Shown here one piece after another: positions 50,383 to 61,910 of a stretch of DNA of 64,000 nucleotides (positions within the stretch are counted from its first letter, which is position 1; each line of letters opens with the position of its first letter). Origin of the DNA: Orbicella franksi (Eukaryota); contig OZ116708.1 of NCBI GenBank assembly GCA_964199315.1, forward strand, positions 24,924,001-24,988,000. Reading direction: 5' to 3'. The notes beneath the pieces are model-generated. The model had not been told where the DNA came from. It did not search any database and saw only the letters and a program-made list of their open reading frames with translations. Position numbers and translations under genes: made by a program.

Positions 50383-51942
50383 CAGCGCGAGATTCGGTTC
50401 ATCTTGTCCGCTCACGGAGCTAGTCATATAATAATGCGTTGTTTTAGAGCTGGTACCTCTTATGGGTGAAAAAAAAAAAAAGATTTCAAACCAAGTCCAC
50501 ACAACAGGATCTTGGTACATGGTACCTCTAAGGGGTTCTTTTCAAATTTTGTGACCAGCAGCCCCGTCCTTTCTATATGGCTGTCCCCCCCCCCCCCCCG
50601 GTAACTCTACAAAAGGTTATGAGCGTGTATACGGATGTGCGTAAAACCTATACAATCATCTCACTCTACATCCACTCAAGGTCCTTGAGGTAAGAAGGGC
50701 CCATACACGCGTGTGCTAAAACGGTCAGATGAGAGATTTACAATTCAATGTTTCAGTTGCTTTTTTAGAAACCCAGTCTCAGCTGTGTTTTGAGTTGTAA
50801 GAGGTCAACGAAGGCTAAGATAGTGGTCCTACAAGATAAGTTGTATTTGTCTTGTTGTCTCTTATATGGTTCTGACCGGAATGATTGGCAGTGATGTATA
50901 ATTTAAGAGATAAATAGTAAAACAGGTCACGTGACATGTTTTGTCTCTTGATATCTTGTCAAGAGAATAAGAAACTAGACCATCCCGGGCACAGATAGTT
51001 TCTTCGAGTAAAGGAAAAGAATAAATGATATCTTATCTTTCGCGAAAGTTATCTTTCCCCACCCCATTTGAGATTTTACAATTGCCCGGATTATGACATC
51101 ATCAGACAGGTGACCGCCATCAAAATATCTTCAGCGATTTAAGGACGCCAAATTCCTATTGGTGTGTACTTTTGGTCTTCTTAGGGCAAAAGGCAACGTT
51201 ATATTTCTATAGAAAAAAGGTTTTGACTTTCCAGGGGGTCTTTCCAAGGAACTAGCCATGCCTTAAGATGCTTGAGTAATTAGCATAGATTTTGACGATT
51301 TTACTTCTCCGTTTACTCATTAGTTATTGTTTCGATTGAGACAATATATCAAACACTCGAGACAGTGTTTCATTGGCTATCCATGCCGCAAACACCTAAA
51401 GATTCGTCAAAAATACTCCGCTTCGCGTCATATTTTCAACTGCATTCTAGGCGTCTGGATATCCCGATGAAAGACTGTCTCTCGTGTTTGATATATTACT
51501 TCTTAAGTGACTAAGAGGCGTTACTGGTTAGGAAATAAGTAGGATCTTTCACGTACAGATTATTTTACCTGTCCAAGCTAACGGCCGCAAGATGACAAAC
51601 AATAGAAACTGATGTAAAACGCAGCATCTGATCTTCAGCGATACACAGCGCCGATTGGTGCAAAATGTTGCACGTCATAAACAGTGGTATACTAATCAAT
51701 CCCGTGAGTAGATCGGATGAGGCCAGGCTGCATAGCAATACGTTTGTAATCGTCCTAAGACATCTGTTTCTTGCAAACAACACTAATACTAGTCCATTGG
51801 CCATCAAAATTAAGATCCCAATTGTTATAGGTGGAATATCTTCCATGACGCTGAAGCCAAACACAAAGGATTGATTGTTCATTTGAGAGCCGTCGGAATG
51901 TGAAGTGTTCAATGCTTTCGACGTGGAATTCCGGCCTGACAT
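47556..51942 (-). CDS. Orphan class A (rhodopsin-like) GPCR, paralog B (328 aa)
   Basis: Exons 51942-51569 and 48168-47556 total 987 nt, with a phase-2 intron inside DR|Y. N-glycosylated N-terminus, ANGLV, SLASSDLL, LDRY, GWMPYF, NPCLY. Confidence 0.9.
48359..50434 (-). mobile_element. Autonomous-looking Crypton (tyrosine recombinase DNA transposon)
   Basis: Single YR ORF, a 154-bp terminal hairpin (48368-48521), inverted TTATTATATG sites at 48527 and 50424-50434, and no long TIRs. Confidence 0.8.
48842..50206 (-). CDS. Crypton tyrosine recombinase / DUF3504 (ZMYM-KCTD1-QRICH1-like) protein, 454 aa from the first ATG
   Basis: Uninterrupted ORF. KPANTKVKTQSDMKVWKRF, DGTEYEPVSL, HFGFRARDE, CPVKFF, PLGKNEIG, TNHSVRKT, SGHRS and LDAY give the R..H-x-x-R..H..Y catalytic set. 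Confidence 0.92.
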   Translation of the reverse strand: MELENEKTECVNEKENKENKNVDEFHEFILQQKPANTKVKTQSDMKVWKRFCLQENENRELCDIPQEELNLLLCKFFKTAKKLDGTEYEPVSLTSFQRSLQRSLNERGSNVNIIDGDNFKLSREVLSAKRRQLVVEHGKGNRPQAARELTEAEEDKLFECGEFGTSNPTALQRTLWWIIALHFGFRARDESCRLKWGDVTLEKDPEMENEILVWRYERGSKTCQGQDKPYSVRAFHPTAQATGNERCPVKFFEEFARRRPLEMNKPDSPFYLAVKHQRKPDDDVWYMRSPLGKNEIGKFLPTTAKNAGLQGRVTNHSVRKTCISRLLDADVPDNFVAQLSGHRSLKSLDAYKSASHEHQRRMSLALSRSSSNQLSSISTRTETTTRPTTSVTSVESATFNPVQMGSGFFSGATIGSFNNCTFNIQLTSGQLCTTEPSDTSSKRPRIGESDDQMK

Positions 51943-54900
51943 TGTTGTTAAGCCCAGCTGTAGACAATATCTCCTACAGGGTAAAAACGAACTGAAGTCA
52001 GTCAACAGCTAGTTTTTCTAAATGTGTTTATTTGCTTTGTGTTCACCTTGAAGTAAAATTCAGTCCAGGGTCAGGTCGGTCAAAGCCCGATTAAACTGAC
52101 TCAGGATTAGCGAGAATTTTGAATTCAGTTTGGTAACGTTTCGGTGCGTTTTTCTGATTATATTGTTTGTCGTCCAGTTTTGAATTTGAATGATCTCAAA
52201 CTAAACAAAACATAAGCAGTGAAGAACAGTTCAATACAAGAAACATTAATTAATCCTGGGTATGCGTTAAACAGCTTTCGAACAAACCATCTCAGGGGGC
52301 TGGCTATAGAAGCACTGATTTTTTGATATAGACTTTTTGTCCATATTTTTGTAGTGTCTATAGAGGCTTATAGACCCTTTAGTAATCCGTCCTTCTACTC
52401 CCATGTTTTTTTTATGTCCACTCAAACCAGACGAGGTAACCTCGATGAGATGAGATAACCTCGCGGTTCTATTAGTCTCCATGCACAAACTATATACCAT
52501 TGTAACCTTTAATTGTTATATATGTATCTTTTTCCTCTTTAATACTAATATTGTAACTTCAAAATGTAAGTTCAAAAAAAATAAAGTGAAGTTGAAGGCT
52601 TTTCATGCAATGTACAAGATTAGCGTTTTTAGCCTGTTAAGACGCTAACCCGGGAGGTACTCTGCAAAGTTTAATAATAGGAGGGTCCTCCAAGGTCTAA
52701 ACGCTTCCCCTTTGCATGCCATTTTGACAGAAAAGTTACCCCTTTCACTGCATCCCTTTTCTAAGCCCTTGGAACGAAGATAATGAAAAATACCATAGGA
52801 GAAAATCAAGCATCAACAGAGGAAATGTTTACCAAAGAACAAGTATTATATATTCAAAAGGGGCGCTCTTTAACTTGTTTTCTCTTTTAAGTGGAGGAAA
52901 GAGTTAATACTCTTTAACTCATTTTTCTTTCCACATGGAGCACAGCTACGTACATACCAGTTGCCTTGATCTCTTAAGGTGTTTCATAACTGTGAAAGCA
53001 AGTAAAAGAATTCTTTCACAGGAATAAACTGTTGATGAATCCTAACTGTTTCCAGAGACGAGTTTTTCAAAATACCCAAGATAGTTCAGCGAGCGCTGTG
53101 ATTGGTTGAAAGCTAGTTTCCGGAACTATGGAAACCGAGAGTTACTTCCAACATTTATTTCCATAAAAGTAGAGTACTCGGTTTTCTTCCATAAAACACT
53201 TGGAAATGGTTGGACGTTTTAACAGCTGGGGAAACATGTACACTCGCCTAGCTACCTCGGCTATTTTATCATACTTATCGTCTCCAAAACATCTTCTCGT
53301 CGTTACCACACTTTTATCATGGAAACAAGGAAAGCGGATTAATGATAAATGCATTTCAAGCCGTCTTGGCCGGCAATCATTATATCTTGCTCGCACGTGA
53401 AAAGGGAAGCAAATATCAAAATATTAAACAGAAAAATGACAAAGCTAATCATCAAAGTTTGTTGAAAGTATTTGTTGATAAGAGATAACGCCCAGAAGTT
53501 CAATAAAACAATCGCAGTTGATCAAATAATAGCGACTTGTGAAACAGCTAAAAAGAAAATTAAAAGACGTTTGCCGGTCAGTACATATTAGGGACGTTTA
53601 AGTAGCTGCGACGGCGACGCCGAGGACAACGTCGATTAAAAAAAATGAATTTATATTGTACCTACGAATCTCGCGATACTCTTAAGTCATTTACGGTTTG
53701 TTTTCCTTTGTCAAAACTATCTCGAAACTGATAATGGAACTCAGCGCAAAATTCGAAATAGAATTTTTACAAACTATCCGTTATCTGTCGTGGTTCAACT
53801 CCTCCGCACAACGCAGAATTTGGTCATTTCATATAGTTGTCAGTTTAACAGAAGACGGCAAAGAAAAGTACCATGCAAGAACTATTATGCAGGTGCACAG
53901 CCATTGTACTGCTCATTAAACCTTTTGTTATTTAGCGACATCGCCGTTGCCGTTGTGGTTTTCTTAAACTACCTATTAAACTAAGTTATAATATTTGGCG
54001 AAGTCCCAGATCGATAATGAAAAACCAAAGGTTGCTTTAACAAAGAAATAAATAGATATTTTTTTGTAGAAATTTGGGTTGCAAAATTTGCATTGTAAAT
54101 TATGTCAAAGTATCACACCTATTTTTAGTGTTGGAGGAAGATTGAATCATTTGTGCCACTTTCATAAAGAACCAAAATAATTCAATCAGTCTTTCATAAG
54201 AGAACCTGCCAACTGGCTATCCGCTGCCATTATACGATCATCCTTTAATTAAGACTTTTACCTGCAAAAAACAATACTTGTGGATTATGTCCATAAACTT
54301 TAGTTTCTGACTTCTGCACATATTGGTAGTGATTAGAAAAACAGGTTCATCATGTATTAACATATTAGTGTATTAATATAAAGAAAGCGATTTCTGAAAC
54401 CGCAAAATATATATCATGTTCACAACTTCCTCTTGTATCGCCGAAATGTTTGGTCCTCACAATGGATAGGGAAATTTCCCCAAAATATAAATTATCCATT
54501 GAGAATGTAACAAGAAAACGTCCAGCCGGCTGAATTTATCTGCGAGATCTTAGATGAAGACAGTTTATTAGCAGATTGATATCGTTTCTAGCACTCTTGA
54601 ACAGCGTTGTTGTTAGAGCACACACTCATATTTGGGAAAAACCTTTTTCTTAGATAACTGAAAATTTTGAATATTTATTACACTGTGTACGGTATAAAAC
54701 CAATCTCGGAAAAACGTTTTGCGTAAATAGATTTAAAAAAAAAATAATAAAACAATTATGTGATGCGCTGCCACATGCAATTGTGTTCCTCTAAATTTGA
54801 ACAAAAAACCCTCGATATTATGTTGGTATATATTGCACGTGCAGATCATGATTTTGTTATTATGAAAGTATATTTTAACTGGTGTCGCACAAATACAGTA

Positions 54901-57900
54901 GCACAGTTGTGGTTCCGGCCCTAAAGTTGTAAAGCTGAACTGAATCTGTAATAGCGAAGACCTTAACTTTTATTTGTTTAACTTATTATCTGGCTCCTTG
55001 TTTTAAGCGTTGATTACGTGCAAGAAGCAAAAACAGCGATGTAATTGTTGTTAGAATATTGTAGCACACACAACGCTAGAATAGTTTTACTCAGTTCTAC
55101 TAAGACATTGCAGCAGCATTTCATGAACATGAGTAAGCAAAATTCAGGAGGATTGTAATTACACAACGTTTTTCCGTTCTCGGCTTTATGTTTTGCCGAC
55201 AGCAATTTCTTACACTAGCACACGGTAAGTCATTTTAAGCTCATTGACAGAAAACAGAATTGCAGCCGACAAGTAGATGTATATTAAATTGAATTTCTCT
55301 CCTGCCATGGATTTCTGATGCATTCAAATTTTTCTGACCCACCACTCTCCTAAAAAAGAAATTATAAAACTTCTGCCACGAGTTTTGGTTAATTGTTATT
55401 CTTTCTTATATATAGTTTTTGGCTTCCTCGCTTGCAGGGGTTTAATGGTAGAGAAAGGATAAGCAACGACCCGAAAAAACACATTCAGATAGCAAAATCG
55501 ATAGAAAATGATCAGAAATTTCTACTTAAAAATGCAATAAATTAAATTTTAAAGGACCAGTCGAAAACTTAACATATTTATAGCGAATATATATATAAGT
55601 TTTTGACGTTGTAGTATCGTCTGCTTGATAATTTGCCTTTCACAAAAATTCAATTTTACAACACCCAAAGGAAGACACTATCCCATTAAGATAAGAAATA
55701 TATATGTATACCTTTTACTTCAACCGCGCGAAATGTTCCACGCAAACAAATAAGTTAAAATAGACTTTTCCTTGATAAAAAAATAAACTGAGCCGGTATA
55801 CTTACAGTCGCTTGTAGTCTTGCTAAGTCCTTAACGATCTAACGAAGGCGATTTGCCCTGAAATTAATTAGAACTGAAAGGTCACCATGTTCGGTCGACA
55901 CAGTTCTTTGTTTATTTTCTGATTGTGTACTAGAAGAGAGGAAATGGGACAGTCGTATTTGATTAAAGGCGAGCCAATAGCAAAGCAGTGATATCTTAAC
56001 ACAACATGAAAAGCACCATGAAAAGTGATTTCTACTCCATATGTGCCAAAATACAGAATTTGCAAATTTTCAAGCAATGTTGATTGACTTTCCTCTCTTA
56101 TTATTCAAATTCAGCTTTAAATCGAGCTGGTTACTTCTAAATCTTTTAAAATAATCTCTCTGTCACGTCTTTAGTGAATTCTTAGTAGGCGAAGACCCTT
56201 GTCGGTTTGTCTTTTCAATCTATCATTTTTTTTTTTTTTCATGATTCCTCAGGCAAACATAATATTGAAAATGATATCCGGCTACCTACGCTAAAAAGCC
56301 TCCGCACTTGTGTTATCCTTTTTTTATTCCATTTATGTCGAAAGGTCTCCTAATTAAAGGCCATAAGTAAAATAGGATCTAAAAGGTGCGAACAGCTGCA
56401 ACTGGAAACAGAAAAAGGTCATCCCAACACATACACTATCTTTATTTCCAGTTGTCTTGTTGAAATATAATGATAAATTGAACACTGATTATTCAGAATA
56501 AGGAATTTTCCAGTTGTATTTCGCGTCGTAAGAGTCATTGAGTCGGCCGACTTGAAATTTTTCTTTCAATAGATGAACCTGAATTGCCGTTTGTGACATA
56601 CTACTCGGCCGAGTCATGATTCCCTTCTTTAATCTCATAAGGTACTTTTGTTTTCCCGTCCACTACTACATGTCTCCGGATTAAATAAAAACCGCGGTAT
56701 CACAAAAGACTGGCTTGTCATGTCTGTTTTTTGACTGTTAAATAAGCCGGGTGAATAACTGTTTTGCATTGAAGCCGCTGAATATCGAATATATTGAACA
56801 CCTCAGGAAATTTTTTTTAAGCGAGGGATAACTGGCGACAAGAGATGCTTGCAACCATATCCAGAACTACGCCGCAAAACGTTTCCCGATATGTAATTTT
56901 TAACGAATTGTTCTCCCTCAAATTTATATTATGGTTAACAGCCACTAATTACCTTTTTCTTCCAGAATATATTTTGGGGGTTCTAATTTCCCTTGCAAAT
57001 ATTTACGGCAAACTAGGGAAAAGTTTTGATAAAAAAATAAAAACGGGATATAACTGACGGTGGTGCACCGTCGTTTTGTTACTGAATGCCTTTCGTTGGT
57101 ATGGCGCCTTCTAGAAATTATACACGAAAGGAGCAGAGGACTGGCACTTAAAGTAATGAATAATTAGACTATCAACCTGAGTTTTCTATGAGCGAATAGT
57201 CAAAACGACGCGTAACCGCGTTAACTATCGCTCATCAAGAACGAGGGCGAGAGGTCTAATTGTTTTAAGAGATACATTAAGGGATTACAGCACACAAACT
57301 CCAATTTTGCGGCGCGTTGTTTATTAGCGAAATAAAAACAATGCGAGAACCAATCAGATACGAGTATTTCCAACAGAACGCAGCCGAGTGGCTACTAATG
57401 CCATGTCTTAGTACTGAACCACTCAACTGTGTAATTGGACATCCGCGAATCTGATTGGTTCTTTCGTCGTTTTCTATTCGCCACCGCTGATATGTCTGTC
57501 CGTGGTGGAAGTGCCGCAGGCAGAAGACATGTTTAGAGCTATGGGGGAGCCTCTCCTGCATCACAAATCGCCTTGTTCTTGCGTCAGATAAAGTCCGCAG
57601 ACACAGACACGTACTAAACAAGAATGCTTTTCATCCCAACTTGAAACAACACCAATTTATAAGGGGACCTTTTAGGGAAATTGCAGAAGTGCTTTTGATT
57701 AGTTTTCTACACAGCTTCCCGTCTAACACGTTGTAATCATTGTAAGCGAAAAGACCAGCTACGTACCAGGCTTAAATTTCCCAGATCCTGGAATTGATCG
57801 AACACGCACGTTGCCAATGACCTTAAAAGGTTAAGTAAAGAGACCGTTCAAAGCCAAGAGTCACGATATTTACCAAACAAAAGCTAATTTCAAAACGAAA

Positions 57901-59636
57901 CTTGTCCCAGGCTTACTTTACCTCATAAATCACACTTTGTTGATCGGTTTTCTTTGAAGGATTATCTTTGACGAGTTTTCCACAATTGCGTTGATTTTGT
58001 CGCAAAAGACTGAGGCAATCCGGGTTGGGACTCAAGAGTTTTCTAGTGCTTCACGAGAGGTGTTTCCAATAAGGCGCGCTCGTTGAGCTGATCGCATGAA
58101 TTGCACGCAATGTCATTGTTAAGTCCTTTTCAATGCCGTGTCAGACTGGCGTTTGCCAGCGAAAACTTCTTTTGTCAACAAAAGCATAGCCTATAGAGAT
58201 TTAGCTTCGTTTTCTGCTCTGAACTGATAAAAACACAATTACGAGTTTTGATTATATTGACGAGAGAGTTAATTTGATAGTTATCTTTTTATCATTGCGA
58301 CAACTGTATCGCTCATTGAGAGTAAGATACCATTAGCAGCGTCCTGATGTTTTGCATTTCCGATTGTCGTATGCAATTATTATTATTACGATTTTTTCTT
58401 TCATTTACAGAAACTTTATTACACCTGACATGAGGCCTGACATCAGTAACAGCCTCAACTGAACCTAGTTTCTGTATTTTAGTTTTATAATGCAGAAAGT
58501 AAAGCAAGCAACTTCAGTAGTCTCGGCCTTTCGAGTTTGTCATAAACTTTTACTGCAGCAAATTTACTTTATTATATTCTAAGAGCAGTGCTGGAGTTGT
58601 GAAATTAAGTGTTATTACAGACGGAAAAATCATTCTTTTCAGTCTGATAATAGGTCAGGATTTATCTTTCTTCAGTTATATAAGCATAGACTAGAGTAAG
58701 GGTCGATGTAATAGTGCATAGTTCAAGCTTAAAAGAGTATTCTAAGAGATGATTACTTTATGACTCGTGCCCAGTCGTCTCTCGGAGTCCTGTTGACCCA
58801 CAACCTCGTTCACAGGGCTTCTTCCTTAGAGATTGGGAGAGGCGGGAAAAGATCCTGGCATCGGCTGGTTCTCCCTCGACTCTCCCCCTTTCTTTACAAG
58901 GAAGAGAAGATCGAAACGACAGGGACAAGTCAGGGGACATGAGAAGGAGAGGGCGGGGGGGGGGGGTGGGGGTGGGAGGTGGAGAAAGTTTGTCGTTGTA
59001 GTCCAAAATGGGTGTGTTTCGCGCCTTAGGGTTTGAAATTGGAGCTTTTTTTAGCTTGCTTGCTTTGGGTTTTCTTTAGGAGAAAGCCAAAGGAGCTTAT
59101 CTACATAAATCAGTGCATTTCGTTTTCTCGGGCTATTCATAGAGCAATGGTGGCAGAAAGATATTATTCGAAACTGATAGAACACTATTTCCCTCCTACG
59201 TTTAGCGTTAGACTGACTATCTGAAAATGAACGTATTCTCTTCGTTATTCACAAATAAAGCCCAGATTTTACAGGAAAAGTACGCCAGAAGCTACTGAAA
59301 CAAAATGCTACACTAGAACACTTTGTCATTAGTAGCACTTTCTAGATCTTATTTGTATTAAGTTAATTTAAATTTTAATCACTATTCATAAGTATATAAT
59401 ATGTAAATGATTTTATGTAAAATGAGGGAGGGCCATATTGTAAACTACTGGGCAACCAGTAAATTATGTTACCCTCGTTAAATAAAGTCTTTTATTTTAT
59501 TATTATTATTACTTTAATGTGCATTCTTCCAAACGAGAGACATAGAGCACCCTCGACAAATATTCGTTTTTCTCTCATTCCGAATGAGAGATTGTGTTTG
59601 TCTCCTTCAATCTAAATGTGGGTTATCATTTTAAAG

Positions 59637-61571
59637 TTAGATCATGGCTGCTGCTTCTCCTTGACCAAGCTCATTCATTTCTGCCGCCAAAGTGGCCCTC
59701 AACACTGTGGACTTTGTAGACGTGAAGTTGTGCTCAATTTTCACTGGACGCAAAAGTTCCCAGAGGGCTTTGCGATAGTCGTATTTGCCAAAAATGTACA
59801 TACAAGGGTTCAAAAGTGACGCAAGGTATCTCAGCCAAATAACAATATATATTAAAGGTGTTGGTAACTCGGAGAGATCGAATCTTCGGAGACCAAAGTA
59901 TGGTAGCCAGCAGATTACGTAAACAAGTAACATGGCCGCGAAGATGGCAATGGCCTTCCTTTCATGTCGATTTCTACGCTGTGCATTGTGTGAGCTGGGA
60001 AGATTTTGTAGTTGAATATTACGACTCTGGCGAACTATTTCAAAGGTTATGCTTCCGTACGTGAAGCACATGAGGGCAAAAGGAAGTAAGAAAAGGAAGG
60101 AAAGGAAAAAAATGTCATAAATGAGCTCTGCTTTGAGTGCGACCTTGCTTAACTCCTCATGTGGGTCGTGGTGGACTGGGTCGAGCCATGTAAATTGCAC
60201 CGATGCTGTAATGGCGGACGTAAGCCAGATAAACAGGATGACCAGAATGCATCTGGGAAGTGTGACCAGGGAGGTGTATCGTAGTGAATGTACAATTGCC
60301 AGATACCTGAAAACAACGACAAAAAATTATTGTATGAAGACCATTTTTTCCCAAGGATTTGTAAAACAAATCAATACCGTTGAAACTGAACAAATATCTA
60401 GGTTCCAAATGGATTCGAAGGCTGGGTTGCACAGTGTAGAGAATTCAAAATTTATTCATTACGTTTATACAGTCTGGCCCTTCTTCAACTGAGCGCTAAG
60501 CTCAGTGCTAAAGAAGGGCAAGGTCCGAATCGTCGGCTAATAATAATTTGACTTTTTAGCACAATTTTGTTTTCAATGTATAACAGCAAGGTGTTGTACT
60601 TGGTCCATTTTACAATCAAACCATGCGATTTAGAGCTTTGGAACACGGTAGCAATCGAGAGTGCGTCTCTTAGAGACCAACCACGCCTTGGCGCCCTATT
60701 TTGTAAGAGGTGGTAGAAACGTGGAGTAGTGGGCTGTCTACCCAGGTGAAGTAAAGTGCGATCCATGCCCTGGGTCACCACCTTGCTGTCAGTTAAAGTC
60801 TGGCAAGACTGACCACGAAGCTGGTATCAAGGGCCCATGGCGAGCCTGGAGAGCCCTTCTCAGAATTAATCTCCGAATATTAAGGAGGGGCCATATACGT
60901 CCAATGGCGAGCCGACGACTGATTATGGTGACGAGAAATCGAGAGGGTAATTGTTTAGATCTAGAATAAAGTTAGCCATGCGCTCTCTGAGGGCAACCTT
61001 ATCAATCAAGAGCCACCTGCGTACTTCGCATGCTAAACAAGATTGGACGTTTGCTAATAGTCGGCGCATGGTATGGTCTAAGGCTCATGTAACAGCTCTC
61101 GTAAGGTCTGACATGAATGGCTTCATACCCTTTAAGGGAACAATCAAACAAACAACAGAAACAATGCACCTAGCCCTAAAATAATAACAGCTGCTACCAT
61201 AACAAAACAATAGCAGATTACGAGAGCTGCCACACTTCTGTAACCTAAACGAATTAGTGTGATTCTAACCTGTCAATAACAACAGACACCAGGTGACTGA
61301 CAATCGAGGCTGAAATAAACCTTGCCAATTGCTCTTCCGTGATACAAATCGCGGATTGGCGGATGATATTACAAGCAATAAATAGAGGAATAGCAACCAG
61401 GCCTGTAAGCAGATCGGCTACAGCCAGACTACAAAGCAGCAGATTGGTGATCGATCGCAGATATATTTTCTTTGCCATCAACAGCAAAACGAAACCGTTG
61501 ACAATCACAATTAACACGGCCAGAATGATTGCAGGAACATCCACAGCGGGGTAGAAATAACCATCGTCCAT
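59637..61571 (-). CDS. Orphan class A GPCR, paralog A (about 323 aa; start codon uncertain)
   Basis: Exons 61571-61270 and 60306-59637 total 972 nt, with the same DR|Y intron as paralog B. VNGFV, SLAVADLL, IDRY, CWLPYF, NPCMY. Confidence 0.88.
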
Positions 61572-61721
61572 TTCATCGTATTCGCCATCTGCGACAGATT
61601 TAGGAAAGTTAACTTTAATAAACTTACGCCGATAAACTATTACTTTAGACTGGTAGTACACTGAAAACTGATTCAGCTCAGAGTTGAAATGTTGAATTAA
61701 TCAACTGTATCAATCAGTAAG

Positions 61722-61910
61722 CCACTTCTGAGTTGCCTTTTTCCTTTGTGGCAAAGCGAGTCTTGGCGCGAAACCATTCATATGTAACTGTGTTCCTCCT
61801 ACATGTTCATTTTCGTGAAAATCAAACTCATTTTATATGAAACTAAGGTTTTGCACGAAGACTCGTTTTGAAACAGAGGCACGAGGTGAAACGGAAATGT
61901 ACTATTCAAT
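61722..61910. mobile_element. Degenerate MITE upstream of GPCR A
   Basis: Inverted GCAAAGCGAGTCTT / AAGACTCGTTTTGAAAC motifs with CCACTTCTGAGTT / AAACGGAAATGTAC ends. Confidence 0.55.

Larger units (their letters stand above)
48294..50602 (+). mobile_element. hAT-like MITE split by the Crypton insertion
   Basis: The left part (48294-48358) and right part (50435-50602) match the family at 11240-11570. Flanks ACCTCTAC / AACTCTAC (8-bp TSD, 7/8 match). Confidence 0.75.
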
